Positions 24,601 to 37,019 of a DNA stretch of 64,000 nt are shown here, one piece after another. Position 1 is the stretch's first letter. Each line of letters opens with the position of its first letter. A model generated the notes under the pieces. It was given only the letters and a program-made list of their open reading frames with translations, was not told the DNA's origin and made no database searches. The stretch is from Octopus sinensis (taxonomy: Eukaryota). Both the position numbers and the translations under genes were made by a program. The DNA lies in NCBI RefSeq assembly GCF_006345805.1, contig NC_043001.1, positions 108,996,001 through 109,060,000 of the forward strand, in the 5' to 3' direction.

Positions 24601-26502
24601 GTTTGGGTTTTGGTTTGTGTAAGTGTTGGTAGGGGAAGTTTGTAATGTGCTCACAGAATTCGTCTAGGATTTTATTTCTACCTTTTGGTGGGGTGTAGTT
24701 GCTTTTTTTTCTAGCTAGTGACTCATCCTCATTGTGCTGGTCGAATAGTTCCTCACTAAGTCGCAATTTTCTACAAATTTGTAATGTCTTCCTTCATTTC
24801 GTAGTAGTTTGGACGTGGGGGGGTTGGTGTGAATTTCAGACCTTTGGAGAGTAAGTTGAGAAGGTTGGGGTTGGGTTCTGTATTGGTTAAATTGATGACT
24901 TTAATTAGTTTCTGTTTCTCTTCCCTGTCCTGTGTTATTTTGTTTGCCTGTATCTGTGTGCTGTGTCTAAAAAATGGTTGGGGTAGAGGGGTTGTCTGTT
25001 GGTGTTAGAGGTCCTGTGTGTTTGTTATATTCCTTGTTGTGAAATATGGTTCGGGTTCGTGGTTGTGGATAGAATGGGGTGTTCCTGTATTGCGGATGTT
25101 GGTGTGTGTTTCTTTGTGTCGTGATGGATTGTGGTGATATGAGTGGCCTACGTGGGTGCTTGTATCGAGTGGTATGGGCTTGTTGTGTATTGTGAGAGTT
25201 GAGAAAGTGAAAATTACCTTGTTCCCCTCGTGGTGTGGATGTTGTTGTGTCTATCCTGGTAGTGATCCTCTTTTATTTGTTAATAAGGTATTCGAGTAGT
25301 TGTTGAGTTGTTGTGTAGTGTCTCCTTGAAGGGGGAACTTCGTTAATGTAATTCTGGTGGTGAGGGTTTCCAGGGTTCTTGTTCCTCCTTATGGACGTGG
25401 GGTAAGAAGGTACATCTTCAATATGCTGTTTCCTTCTTTTGTTCGATGTTGGAGGGTTGGCGGAGTAGTTTTGTGTGGTTGGGTTCCTGGTTTTCCCATT
25501 TTTATGAACGGGTTATTGGAAGAGTAATCCGTTTTGAAAGTCGATTCATAGTTTAGGAACCAGGCGGCACTTTTTTCCCAGCGTTGTAGGGATTTTAGTT
25601 CCTCTTTGTTGTAGTCATCTTTCCATAACTTGGAGATCTTCTCTATGTGTAGGCTTTCGGCCTTGTTATTTATTACGAGGAGGATCTCTTCATCGATTGT
25701 TTTGACTCTTTCCTCATTTGTTTGGGCCCTTAATTTGAGAAGTTCAATCTCTGTTTTCAGTCTCTCTAATGCCATTCTTTCCCTAAGTCGTCTTTGAGGT
25801 TCAGGTTCATTGGGAATGGCTTTTAATTGTATTTTGCGGGGAAGAGTTCATCCATTTTTCGTATATCTCGGCCTTGTTGTTTCTAATCATTTTCCAGAAG
25901 GAGAACTTTCTGTCTCTGAGGGATTTGTTCCATTCTGGGATTATATGATTTTTCAGTTTGTATGAATCAATTTGACATGGTTCTTCTTTGTTTTTGGCTG
26001 GGTTGGTGTTGGTGAAAAAGGTGTGGATCGTATCACACAGAGTTTGTAGCTTATCACCGATTTCGGAGGGTTTGTATCCGGTAATGGTTTCCTCATTAGT
26101 GGAGTCCAATTTGTTGACTAGTACAGAGAGGTTGGTGTTGATGCTTTTGAGTTCCTGTAGGATTTCTTCGTTTAAGTTGATTAGGGTGGTTTCAGTTTTT
26201 GTAGGCATTTTCTGTATCTCGTGCGGGGATATGATATTTAAAAAGGGAGATGTGGAACACGAGTTGTGGTATATAAAAAAGGAAATGAAGAAAATGCTGA
26301 CAAAATAATTTAAGTAATTTAAGTAATTTAATTAGGTGCAAGTTCTTTTTACCGGTTGCGCATTTGTTATGCTTATCAAAAGATTAGAGTTCCTTTCAGA
26401 TAGATTTTTTCCTCTTATCTGACTTTATGTTGGGTTTGCTGTTTCTTATATGTGAAAAAAGAGGCTCCAGAGTTGTTTAAGATTAGTTTGGTTTCGCGCC
26501 TA
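21693..26502 (-). mobile_element. Penelope-like element, Neptune-type, with direct pseudo-LTRs
   Basis: 21693-21962 is repeated directly at 26234-26502. RT and GIY-YIG ORF pieces lie between. The left end abuts (TA)n. Confidence 0.92.
22657..26208 (-). pseudogene. PLE polyprotein: N-terminal extension, RT, Cys linker, GIY-YIG endonuclease (fragmented)
   Basis: KVADKGSAVV, FYGIPKIHK, FDVVNLYSNIPH, GTAMGTKTAPTYANL, RYLDDCFILW, DIYYKPT. Linker CNRPNCGIC (Cx4CxxC, the Neptune hallmark). NLVYVLTC...HYIGQTKNSLRQRMTVH. Confidence 0.92.
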
Positions 26503-28022
26503 TACATCTCTACACACAACCCCCTCAACAATGAAGCTTTTGACACCATCCTCCAGAACATTCCTGTATTAAAAAAGGACTATAGAATGAACCAAATCCT
26601 CCTAACACACGAAATCATAAAGAGCAAAAGGTAACCCAAATCATTGAAAACCATCCTAACAAATGCCAAAGTACTGCCAACCACAACAACTAAACCCACA
26701 GTAAACAAATGCAATAGACCCAACTGTGGTATATGCATCAACCTAATAGAAGGTCCCAATTCCTTTTTAAACAAGGACAACGTTTCACAGTAAAACGCAA
26801 CTTCACATGCGCATCAGAAAACCTTAACTTGCTCGGGCTGTAATGAACACTACATAGGCCAAACTAAAAATAGCCTCCGCCAACGCATGACTGTCCACAG
26901 ATCCCAAATAAAATACAGGAATACAGAAAATAGCACTTAGTGCACATATTGATACCTGTGCCGCACAACGTCATCCCAATTTTAGAATCTTTCCCCTCTA
27001 CAAATTTAAAGACAATGCCACTCATACCCAGCGAATAACCATGGAATCCCACCTTATTAATAAATACAGACCACTTCTAAACACATCCCCCTAACACGAA
27101 CCCACAACAAACACACTTACACCTGCACACACCCTACACACACTTTTACCCAGAATATTAACACCATGACACACGCAAATATATGGTTCCACACATACAC
27201 ATAATTGGAAACGGGTGCAAAACATCCAACACTATTTTTTGGAAATGACTGTAAATATTGACTTCACACAAACACGTTGCTTCCCGATACAGGCACAAGG
27301 CCAGCAGAACTATAAATATTGAAAATTGTACCCACACACGCACACATATATACACGCGCGCGCGCCCCAACATACATGTAAACACACACACACACGCGCG
27401 CGCGCACATACATACATATAGCTCTTCCTGTCCTAAACGAACTTACTTATCCAGCTCAAATTCAGTCAAGCGGAAAATACACTCCCTAACTACACGCTAA
27501 AAAGCTATTTAAAATATCCACATGACGTCTACTGACCAGCCTGAACAATAAGAATTTTCAACAACGCTATTTTCGAAAACTCTAAACATTCACGTGACCT
27601 CTCTATTATGACCACATCCACGTGACCTCTTTATTATGACCAATAAGAAATTTTAGGCGCGACACTAGCCAAATTTTAACTTCTCTGGAGCCTTTTTTCT
27701 TACCCCAACACCAACTTCCATTCAAACATTCACGTGACCCCTTCATATTGACCAATCAAAGTTGTATTGACTATTGTCCACAAGAAATTTTAGGCGCGAA
27801 ACCAAGCAAATCTTAAACAACTCTGGAGCCTCTTTTTTCACATATAAGAGACAGCAAACCCAACATAAAGTCAGATAAGAGGAAAAAATCTATCAGAAAG
27901 GAACTCTAATCTTTTGATAAGCATAACAAATGCGCAACCGGTAAAAAGAACTTGCACCTAATTAAATTACTTAAATTACTTAAATTATTTTGTCAGCATT
28001 TTCTTCATTTCTTTTTATATAT
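26503..28022 (+). mobile_element. Inverted, 5'-truncated second copy of the PLE 3' part (RT end, GIY-YIG, 3' UTR)
   Basis: Reverse complement of about 21729-23262, with substitutions and small indels (e.g. an 11-bp deletion after TCAGAAAACC). Confidence 0.92.
27910..27949 (+). ncRNA. Candidate variant type I hammerhead ribozyme in the pLTR (also 21804-21845 and 26344-26384, minus strand)
   Basis: UCUU-UUGAUAA-GCAU(AACAA)AUGC-GCAA-CCGG-UA-AAAAGA. Has the U3/A8 swap, A13C, and a palindromic ACCGGU stem III. Stem I is weak. Confidence 0.5.
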
Positions 28023-28023
28023 A

Positions 28024-28170
28024 TCACCGTGATTACCGTGACCGACCAGGCTATCATATATTGCTACACATCGCTGGTCACAATGCGCTTCGCATTGTTT
28101 TAGCCTTCAAATAACGCCACCCCGCCGGCTTAGCAAGCAGGCTAACAGAACGAAAAGTGAGAGAGAGTTG
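28024..28170 (-). mobile_element. SINE fragment (family D), 3' part
   Basis: GAGAGTTGTGGCGAAAGAGTACAGCAG is the reverse complement of a segment at about 54176-54205. Confidence 0.5.
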
Positions 28171-28659
28171 TGGCGAAAGAGTACAGCAGTACAAGTGTGT
28201 GTATGTGTGTGTGTGTGTGAGTGTGTGTGTATGTTTATGTGTAAAATACACATGTACCGGACATCGCCAACGAGTGAAAAATACGTAAACATACGAGAGA
28301 TAAGTACAGGACAAAATACCGAAAGAAAATAACCCCTCGTCAGTTGTCGACTGTTTTACGACTCCCTATTCCGTGCTTTCAACGACATATGTGTGTGTGA
28401 GCATGTATATACTTCAACAATGTAACCACACACGTGCTGTTGGCGATTTCTTTTCCTTATTTTTGCATCTCCCTTTCTCCTTTTCGACGCTCTGTCTTTC
28501 CACCGTGCGTCAAGCTAAAACATTCCTTGTGCACATTGTCATGTTGTACGTTAATTTCATTATTCGTTTTTTCTTAATTGATTGTTTATTTAGACTGACT
28601 CAGTATACATGCACACATACACAAACATGCGTGCACACATAAACACACACACACACACA

Positions 28660-28694
<35 letters not shown>

Positions 28695-29201
28695 TATATA
28701 TATGTATATATATATATATATTATTTATATATGTGTATATATATATATATATGAACAAATGTGCGCGTGTGTGTGCGTATTTTTCAAACTTAAATTTGTA
28801 AGTTTTTACTCATAATTCTTTAAGAATTCTATTTCCTGTATCTGATAGCATTGTTTTTTTTTTATAATCTAGAGACAAATACTATATGTCCATTAATATA
28901 TAATCTATAGATCAATACAATTATGGAAGTACATATAACACAATTTGTCTTTGTCTTTATATTCTCGATATTTATTACATTGCTTTTAATCGGATCTTAT
29001 TTTAAATATCACCAATTCTCTCCTGTAAGCATTTATTCATCATAAAATTAACTTCGTTATGTTTCATTGTTGGGTATATTATGATGTTTACAGCTAATAT
29101 GTTAGTGAACGTTTGAGATTTTTTTTTTTTAAATTACCAATTCTTGTTGCATCTCTCAGCTTCGATTTTATCGACATTAAAAATAAATAAGCTGAATTGT
29201 A

Positions 29202-29442
29202 CAGGGTGGGGAAAAATATTGCGACATATTTTTAGGTTTAATAAAAGCAAAATAGTATAAAGAACGAAAAATATGTTTTTATTTACGAAATGTATATATG
29301 ATGCCATCTTGTTTAATTTGGTTTTAAGAATTAAACCGGTTAAGTGGGTGTTGATATTCTCCGCATGCTGTCGAAGGCTTTCACGAAAGTCGTCCATAAC
29401 TCGACGAGTCATTTCATGTAGAATAGCAGTAATTTCCATTTG
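29202..29442 (-). mobile_element. Tc1/mariner-superfamily element end (transposase C-terminus plus terminus)
   Basis: Minus frame EMTRRVMDDFRESLRQHAENINTHLTGLILKT resembles the ITm transposase C-terminus. The terminus is TA|CAGGGTGG. Cut by a SINE on the other side. Confidence 0.55.
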
Positions 29443-29812
29443 GTTACTCTTTTACTCTTTTACTTCTTTCAGTCATTTGACTGCGGCCATACTAGAGCAC
29501 CGCCTTTTAATCGAGCAACTCGACCCCGGGACTTATTCTTTGTAAGCCCAGTACTTATTGTATCGGTCTCTTTTGCCGAACCGCTAAGTGACGGGGACAT
29601 AAACACACCAGCATCGGTTGTCAAGCAATGCTAGGGTGACAAACACAGACACACAAACACACACACATACACATACACACACATATATATATATATACAT
29701 ATATACGACGGGCTTCTTTCAGTTTCCGTCTACCAAATCACAAGGCTTTGGTCGGCCCGAGGCTATAGTAGAAGATACTTGCCCAAGGTGCCACGCAGAG
29801 GGACTGAACCCG
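29443..29812 (-). mobile_element. SINE family A
   Basis: Full tail and body; the head is truncated at CTGAACCCG. Confidence 0.88.
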
Positions 29813-30610
29813 TACTTTGTTTTATAAAGATGTTCAAAAATAGAAGTTGTTCCATGATGAATTGTTTATGTTTATTCATACAATTGAGTAACACTTTGAA
29901 TGTTTTTAGTTTCTCTATATTTTAGTTCCTTAAAATAAAGTAATAGTTGAGGCCTTCCAGATTTTATTTGTACGTTTAAAGAAAGAGTTCTCATATTTTT
30001 GAAATGATTTTTCATACATCATGATCTCTATATAACCGAAAATAAAATTTGCAATGGAGTGCGTTCTTTTGTCCCCATAGCGGTCTCGGAATTTTGTCGA
30101 TAAATGTTCTCATTAAACAAAATAGCTCTCCAGAAAGAATTTTAATCCTTCTATGATTAATCTCTTTTATCTGTATTGTGGTAGTTCAGCCGTATAATTA
30201 TCCAGTCAAAATTTAATGACTTCACTTCCTAAGTTATGGGATATTTGTATAAAGACTCATCTCAATGGACGTTTCTCACGAACACTGTTGGAAGGGGGCT
30301 TAGCACTTGTAAGAAATTGTTTATAAAACTGCAAGTGAATTTGACATATTGAAGCTGGTAGCGTATTTTGGTAAGAATAAAATTGTAAATACCTTTCCAA
30401 AATTTTTCTGATAACAATATCTTCTTTTTGATCATGATCAAATCGCCAGACCAATGTGCATGTATTAGTATATTTACGCATACATATATACATGCATACA
30501 TACATACATACATACATACATACTACATACATACATACATACGTAGTACATACACACATACATACATACATACACACATACATACACACGTAGTACATAC
30601 ATACATACAC

Positions 30611-30865
30611 AAAGCCGAAGTTCAGTGAAAAAGAGCATACCTACGCTGAACTATTGAGAAATCTGTGGTTACTCTATAGAAATTACATGTGCAAGTGTAT
30701 ACCTGTAATTATTGGGGCCATGTGATATGCAGCACTCTGACTAAATACCGGTCTTGAGAAATTAGGCTTCTCAGAAACAGAAAGAAGAAAGCTAATTCGA
30801 ATACTACAGATCTAAGCTATAACTGGAACTGTAAAAATCTGTAAAACTTTCCAGAAGTTTATAAT
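30611..30865 (+). pseudogene. RLE C-terminal fragment of a further RT+RLE non-LTR family
   Basis: One frame with stops: EKEHTYAELLRNLWLLY...CIPVIIGAM*...LEKLGFSETERRKLIRILQI*AITGTVKICKTFQKF. Follows (ATAC)n. Confidence 0.6.
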
Positions 30866-31133
30866 TTACATATATATGAGCTTGTCTAGATAAGTAACTA
30901 TATGCATAGAAATATATACATAAAGCAAAACATACAATGTCTATGATCTCTCAGATAACTATCCAGTTCCGTTGTAGATCTGCATTGCTACAAATATATG
31001 TCACAGCCGAAAGTTGCAATTTACTGTGCGCTTCCAGCTGGTTAGGTTAGAACATGTCGTCGCTCTTCCATTGTGATAGGATTTCTGTAAATGGAATTAC
31101 AATTGAGGTCACCAGAAAGAAACACCAGAAAGA

Positions 31134-31370
31134 AAGGCGGCGAGCTGGCAGAATCGTTAGCACGCCGGGCGAAATACCTAGCAGTATTTCGTGTGCCGTT
31201 ACATCTTGAGTTCAAATTCCGCCGAGGTCGATTTTGCTTTCATTCTTTCGGGGTCGATAAATTAACTACCAATTACACACTGGGGTCGATGTAATCGACT
31301 TAATCCCTTTGTCTGTCCTTGCTTGTCCCCTCTATGTTTAGCCCCTTGTGGTCAATAGAGAAATAAGAAA
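31134..31370 (+). mobile_element. SINE family B, full length
   Basis: AAGGCGGCGAGCTGGCAGAATCGTTAG...GAGTTCAAATTCCGCCGAGGTCG...GGGGTCGATAAA. Confidence 0.9.
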
Positions 31371-31809
31371 GAAACATCTGCCCCTCACTGGATTATAGCG
31401 GTAAACGCTTGTACAACATGAGTATCGATATCTGAAACTCTGTGATTAGATCCTAGTGACAGTTCGAAGGGTAATGACCATCAAGCACGTGAAACCACAG
31501 GTTTTATATCAGTGTCCCTCTCCAAGAAGGACAAGAAGTCTCTCATTCCTGGTGGTTTTACTGCGCGTACTGGCATCGAGCAGGTGTATTTCTGAGCTCC
31601 CGTGATCAGATGAATTGTTATTACATTATTACATATGCTAGTTACCACATATGTGGCACCATAACGGGTGATACTCTCCCGGATCAGAGCAGACCGAGGA
31701 ACAATACAATAGTTGTTTCACGGCCCTAAAAACTCTGGAACTCTCGAAATAAAAACTCGCTACCGCATCCAGTTTAAAGCCATACCCAGGATGTGCGCAC
31801 GCAGGCACG

Positions 31810-31879
<70 letters not shown>

Positions 31880-31883
<4 letters not shown>

Positions 31884-32301
31884 GTGAATGTAGCAAGCTG
31901 GCACAGAAAGAATATAAGAGAAGATATGACAGCTTAGGGAGAGTAATCCACTGGGGGTTATGTAGAAAGCTATGATTTGACCTTACTGATAAGTGGTATG
32001 AACATGAACCTAATAAAATATGAGAAAATTGGAAATATAAGATATCACGTGACTTTAACATTCAGACGGACAGAGTAATAGAATCTAGAAGGCCTGATTC
32101 CATAGTAGTAGACAAAGGGAATAGAAAGTGTCAGATAATTGGCTTTACAATAATGAGAAAATCAATATGAAATGTATAGAAAAATAGCAAAGTACGAGGA
32201 CCTAGCCATGGAATTACAGAGACTATGGAGAGTGCGGTTAAAATATATCGATGTAGTTATAGATGCATTAGGAACTATCCCTAAGGATTTGATAGAGAAA
32301 A
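31880..32301 (+). pseudogene. R4/Dong-like RLE fragment, next to (CA)n and ended by a mariner insertion
   Basis: VSECSKLAQKEYKRRYDSLGRVIHW, KWYEHEP, DFNIQTDRVIESRRPD, KIAKYEDLAMELQRLW, DALGTIPKDL. Confidence 0.8.
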
Positions 32302-32303
32302 TA

Positions 32304-32869
32304 TTGGGTTGTCCGGAAAGTTCTTGCCGATTTTTAAAAGAAAGAAAAGGTGAATAAATACGTGCCAATACATTTGTGATCAACCAAATATGAACCAATT
32401 TGCTGCACAATGCGTCTCCATCTTTCCTTTAACTTGAAAATACCCTCTTCCCAGAATTGAGGTGGTTTCATGGCAAAGAATTCATCAAGCTATCTTTTTA
32501 CGTCATCCAAGGAATTGAAATTTTTACCATTAAGACTATTCTGCAGAGACCTGAATAAGTGGAAATCCGAAGGAGCAATATCTGGTGAATATGGATGGAG
32601 GTGGGTAATACATCCCAGCCAAGTTGCAGCAATTTTTGTCTGGTTCCCAAAGCATCAACTGCCGAAAATGAACTTTCTTATCTTCTATTTTAAAGGGTTA
32701 CAGAATTAACACAGGTTATAGGAACATAAACCTTCTTCCACGAAAAGATAGCTTAAACTGTACTCTAAAAGGGGGTGTAGTGAAATCCTATTTATGGACT
32801 CGACCATGTTCTAAAATAAGTCGAAAGGTAAGCTACAATAAATCGGCACGAACTTTCCAGACAACCCGA
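32304..32869 (-). mobile_element. Internally deleted mariner element
   Basis: TIRs TTGGGTTGTCCGGAAAGTTCTTGCCGATTT and AAATCGGCACGAACTTTCCAGACAACCCGA, with TA on both sides. Minus-strand HPPYSPDIAPSDFHLFRSLQNSL. Confidence 0.88.
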
Positions 32870-33189
32870 TAGGTATAAAAGCTAGTTTTCTGTATTGAAA
32901 TTATTTCACACTGGTGGTTGCCATGATTCGGTGCAAAACGAATCACTTGCAGTGCAGGCTTCAGTGTGAAATGTTGGGGCTCTCCATCATGGTAACACGT
33001 GCTGAGGAAGGTGGGGCTATTATGCCAGTTCAGAAACCGGTCCGCGTTAGTCTAAATACTTGAATGTATGCTGAGGGATTGTCTTAGCCCGTTTGCCTTC
33101 TGATGGTTGATTTCTGTAGTTATTATCAGAGTATTTTGGCGATTTAAATCAGAGTTTTGACTTATTTCCAAGAGGTAAACATACTTGAT

Positions 33190-33231
<42 letters not shown>

Positions 33232-34135
33232 ATATATATATATATATATTATATATATATATATTATATATATATATATATATATGTCTGTGTGTGTGTG
33301 TGCGTAAGTACACGCGTGTGTACATAAACACAGATAAAGACTCCCACTTGTTATGCTAAATATTACACATCTATAGATACCGCACAATGGAAATATATAA
33401 TTTGAAAACACCAGCACGTGATTTAATGACAAAGGAATTGAATTAAGAACCCACATTTCCCTTCTCCTTTTACCCCATCAAAGAAGATCTGATGCCATGG
33501 TTTCTTTGATGCTGTTTTTTAACCGAAGTTTAGCTGCATTTGGGCAGAAGTACGATTAAAATTCTTCCTACGTATCATCTCTTCCTATCATATCATCTCT
33601 TCTCTATAATGGGTCTTCCTTTTCCAAGACAGAAAAAAAAACCTAATATGTGTGACTAGTCTGCTAGTTCTAGCAGGTCAAGATTCAAGCTTCGAAGGAG
33701 AGACTTGTTCCTCTGTTAGATTATATTAGTCTTAGAGACCACTTTACCTAAGCAGCGTGAATCATAACTGCTTCCTACAATGTCTGAGAAAGCCTTAGTG
33801 ACGACAGAATTCTCCTACACGTAGACAAGCCGGCATATACTAACAATAGAGTCTACTTAGGAATGTTGTTGTGTGTCAGTTTTCTTTGCCGGTGAAAAAT
33901 TCTACAACTGTTATTTTTCCAATTCGTGAACAGAATTGCCGCTTCTGTTGCTTTGTCCTCCGCAGTGATCGAGTGTTTTCCTAAAGCTAACTGGCAACAG
34001 AAATATTTTTATTTAATACACGACAAATAATATAGTCGGAATAATGTAGTCTTACACGAAATAATGTTGAATATCAAACGACTTCTAGTTGAAGAGTGTA
34101 TCAACTTTCAAAATAATTACCGAGCAAATGTATCC

Positions 34136-34213
<78 letters not shown>

Positions 34214-34340
34214 ATCTATCTATATCTATCTATCCATCTATCCATCTATCTATCTATATCTATCTATCTATCTATCTATCTATATCTATCTATCTATCTA
34301 TCTATCTATCATCTATCTATCTATCTATCTATCTATCTAT

Positions 34341-36682
34341 TTTGTGAGCCGAGGAGCCGTAACACTGCTGAAGAAAGATCTAAACAAGGGAAATGTAATA
34401 GATAACTTTAGGCCCATCACTCTGCTTAATGCAGACTTGAAAATTTTGGCCAAGGTGCTAGCCAAGAGGTTGGCGCTTGTCATCGAGAAACTGGTCGACA
34501 AGGCGCAACATGCGCCGTGCCAGGCCGGACCATCCATGACAACCTCCATCTGATGCGCTACATCATAGACAGGGTAGTTAACGAACCTGGCATGGGTGGG
34601 GCCCTGATCAACTTGGATCAATCGAAAGCCTTGATAGGGTAGACCATCGATACTTGGAGGCAGTCCTGAGAGCGGCTGGTTTCGGTCCCGTCTTCCGCGG
34701 CTGGATAGCTGCCTTGTACAGAGGCATCCGTTCGGTAATTCGCGTAAATGGACATCTATCGAGACCTTTCGACATTGCACGTTCGGTCCGTCAGGGATGC
34801 CCCCTCTCGGCGCTTCTATACGTATTGACTCTTGAGCCACTACTGCGGAAGCTGGCGACTCTAAGGGGCATCCCGCAAGAATTGGGATGCGGGACGAGCG
34901 TGTCTGCATACGCGGACGACGTCACCGTCATAGTGTCTAGCCACGAGCACATCGAGCTGGTCGGCGAGACACTGAAAAACTACGAAGTAGTGACAGGAGC
35001 GAAAATCAACCGGGAAAAGTCAGTGGGCTTGCGACTAGGCACCTGGAGAAGCAAGCCCATGCCGTCCACCAGCGCCTCCGTCGTGGGACGCTGGACCGAC
35101 GGCCCGGTTGAGTTGCTCGGGGTCTGGTTCGGTCCGGACCTCCAAGTGGAGAAGAACTGGAACGAGATAACGAGTAGGGTGGTCACTCTCGCCCGCAATG
35201 GGCCGAGAGGAAACTGTCCCTAAAAGGTCGAGCGGAGGTGGCGAACACGTACATCGCGTCCGTCATCTACTACCGCCTGACCGTCGTACCTTGTCCCGAC
35301 CCTACCATCACCAAACTACAACGCATCCTCTTTCGCTTCTTGTGGAAAGGATGCGTCCCGATGGTCAGGCGATCCATTTGCTGTCAACACCCGTTAAAAG
35401 GAGGGCTGGGCATGCCGTGGTTGATGATGCGCAGACACGCGCTGAGACTGCGACATCTCTGGCTCTATGTAGACGACGGTGAACAGGTGTGGTCGCCGTT
35501 TGTGAGGCACGCTTTCCCGCAGCTCGTCTCCATGACCGAACTGCAGTCGTGGATCAAAAAGAGGCCGAGGAAGGGCGAATGGCACCGCGAGTGTCGCGTT
35601 GCTCTCAAGCAACTCTGCCGTCCTGGGTCGACCTTAAGTGACTTCAACACAACCAAAGCATTCTATAGGGGTTTAGTGGAGGGGAGGTACGACGACGAGC
35701 TCGGGGCGAACCTGGACGTCGACGAGGAGTACCTGACCCGCCTGTTCGGGACGACTTTCGGGCCAGGGCCCATGGACAACTTCCAGAGATCCCTGGCCTG
35801 GCAGTGCTACCGAGAAGCGCTACCCGTTCGGGATAAGCTCTACAGACACGGCTCGAGAAACACGGGCCGACCTGCCCGAGATGCGGTCAGAGCGACGAAA
35901 CCGTTCTGCACGCACTCGTTCAGTGTCCAACAATTTCCGACCTGTGGGCTTATGTCGAACAACTGCTGTCACGTGTGGGACGAGTCGGTTTATCAGCTGA
36001 GTCTATCGTCAATATTGTCACGCCTCCTTCCTTCAAACGGGAAGGAAGAGCTATTTTCATCATCCTTGTGGCTATGGCGAAAGAATGTATCTGGTGGACG
36101 CGTCTGAAAGGATTGGAGACAAAACTTTCCTCTCTGGTCAATCTCTCATCAACTTCTTCAAGTACCACTTGAAAAGGAAAGTGAGAGTAGAGAGGCAAGT
36201 TTTGTCTAGCGAATGTTTTAAAAAAAGATGGGTGAATGTAGCAAGAATGGCACGTATGAATGACGAAGCCACCTTGAGCATAGTCCTATGAACCCAGAAA
36301 TCGAAAACAGAGAGTTGCTTATTTGCAAAAAAAAAAAAAAAAAAGAAATATAAAATGTGACTTCATTGACCGAGGTTACCGTGGTCTTTTCCGTAGGCTT
36401 TTCTTTCCACGGGTAAACCTCACCTGTCCCCCCCTTTACACTTCATATTGACATTTCTGTGATAACGATCCCTATTGATCAATTTTTTTTCCTCTCCCCC
36501 TTTTTTTTTTTTTTTTTTGACCCCCCCTTTTTTTTGTCCTCTTTCTCTCCTTTTACGATCCCTTTTGATCGAAACTCCCCCTTCCTTTTTTTTTTTTTTT
36601 TTTTTTTAAACCTTCAAAAGAAAAGCTCTACCTTGTAATTTGTTCTATCTGTGTGCAGCCCTGTGTGGCTAATAAAGAAACA
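34341..36682 (+). mobile_element. Tx1/L1-group LINE, 5'-truncated, ORF2 RT to C-terminus frameshifted
   Basis: NFRPITLLNADLKILAK, DQSKA, VRQGCPLSALLYVL, AYADDVTV, GGLGMP, CPRCGQSDETVLHALVQC. Stop at 36291, AATAAA at 36671-36676. (TATC)n on both sides. GC-rich relative to flanks. Confidence 0.9.
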
Positions 36683-36770
<88 letters not shown>

Positions 36771-36787
36771 AATCTATCCATCTATCC

Positions 36788-36825
<38 letters not shown>

Positions 36826-36930
36826 TTGTTTGTTTGTTTCTAGGTTTGGCTGTCTGTCTGCCTGCCATCCAACTAGCCTGTCAGTTTGTCTGTTTTTCGC
36901 TGTTTCTCTGTCTGTCTCATGCACTCACTA

Positions 36931-37019
<89 letters not shown>

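Noticed and set aside
31134-31230. tRNA gene
   Set aside because: The A/B-box-like head continues into SINE body sequence repeated elsewhere; no cloverleaf.
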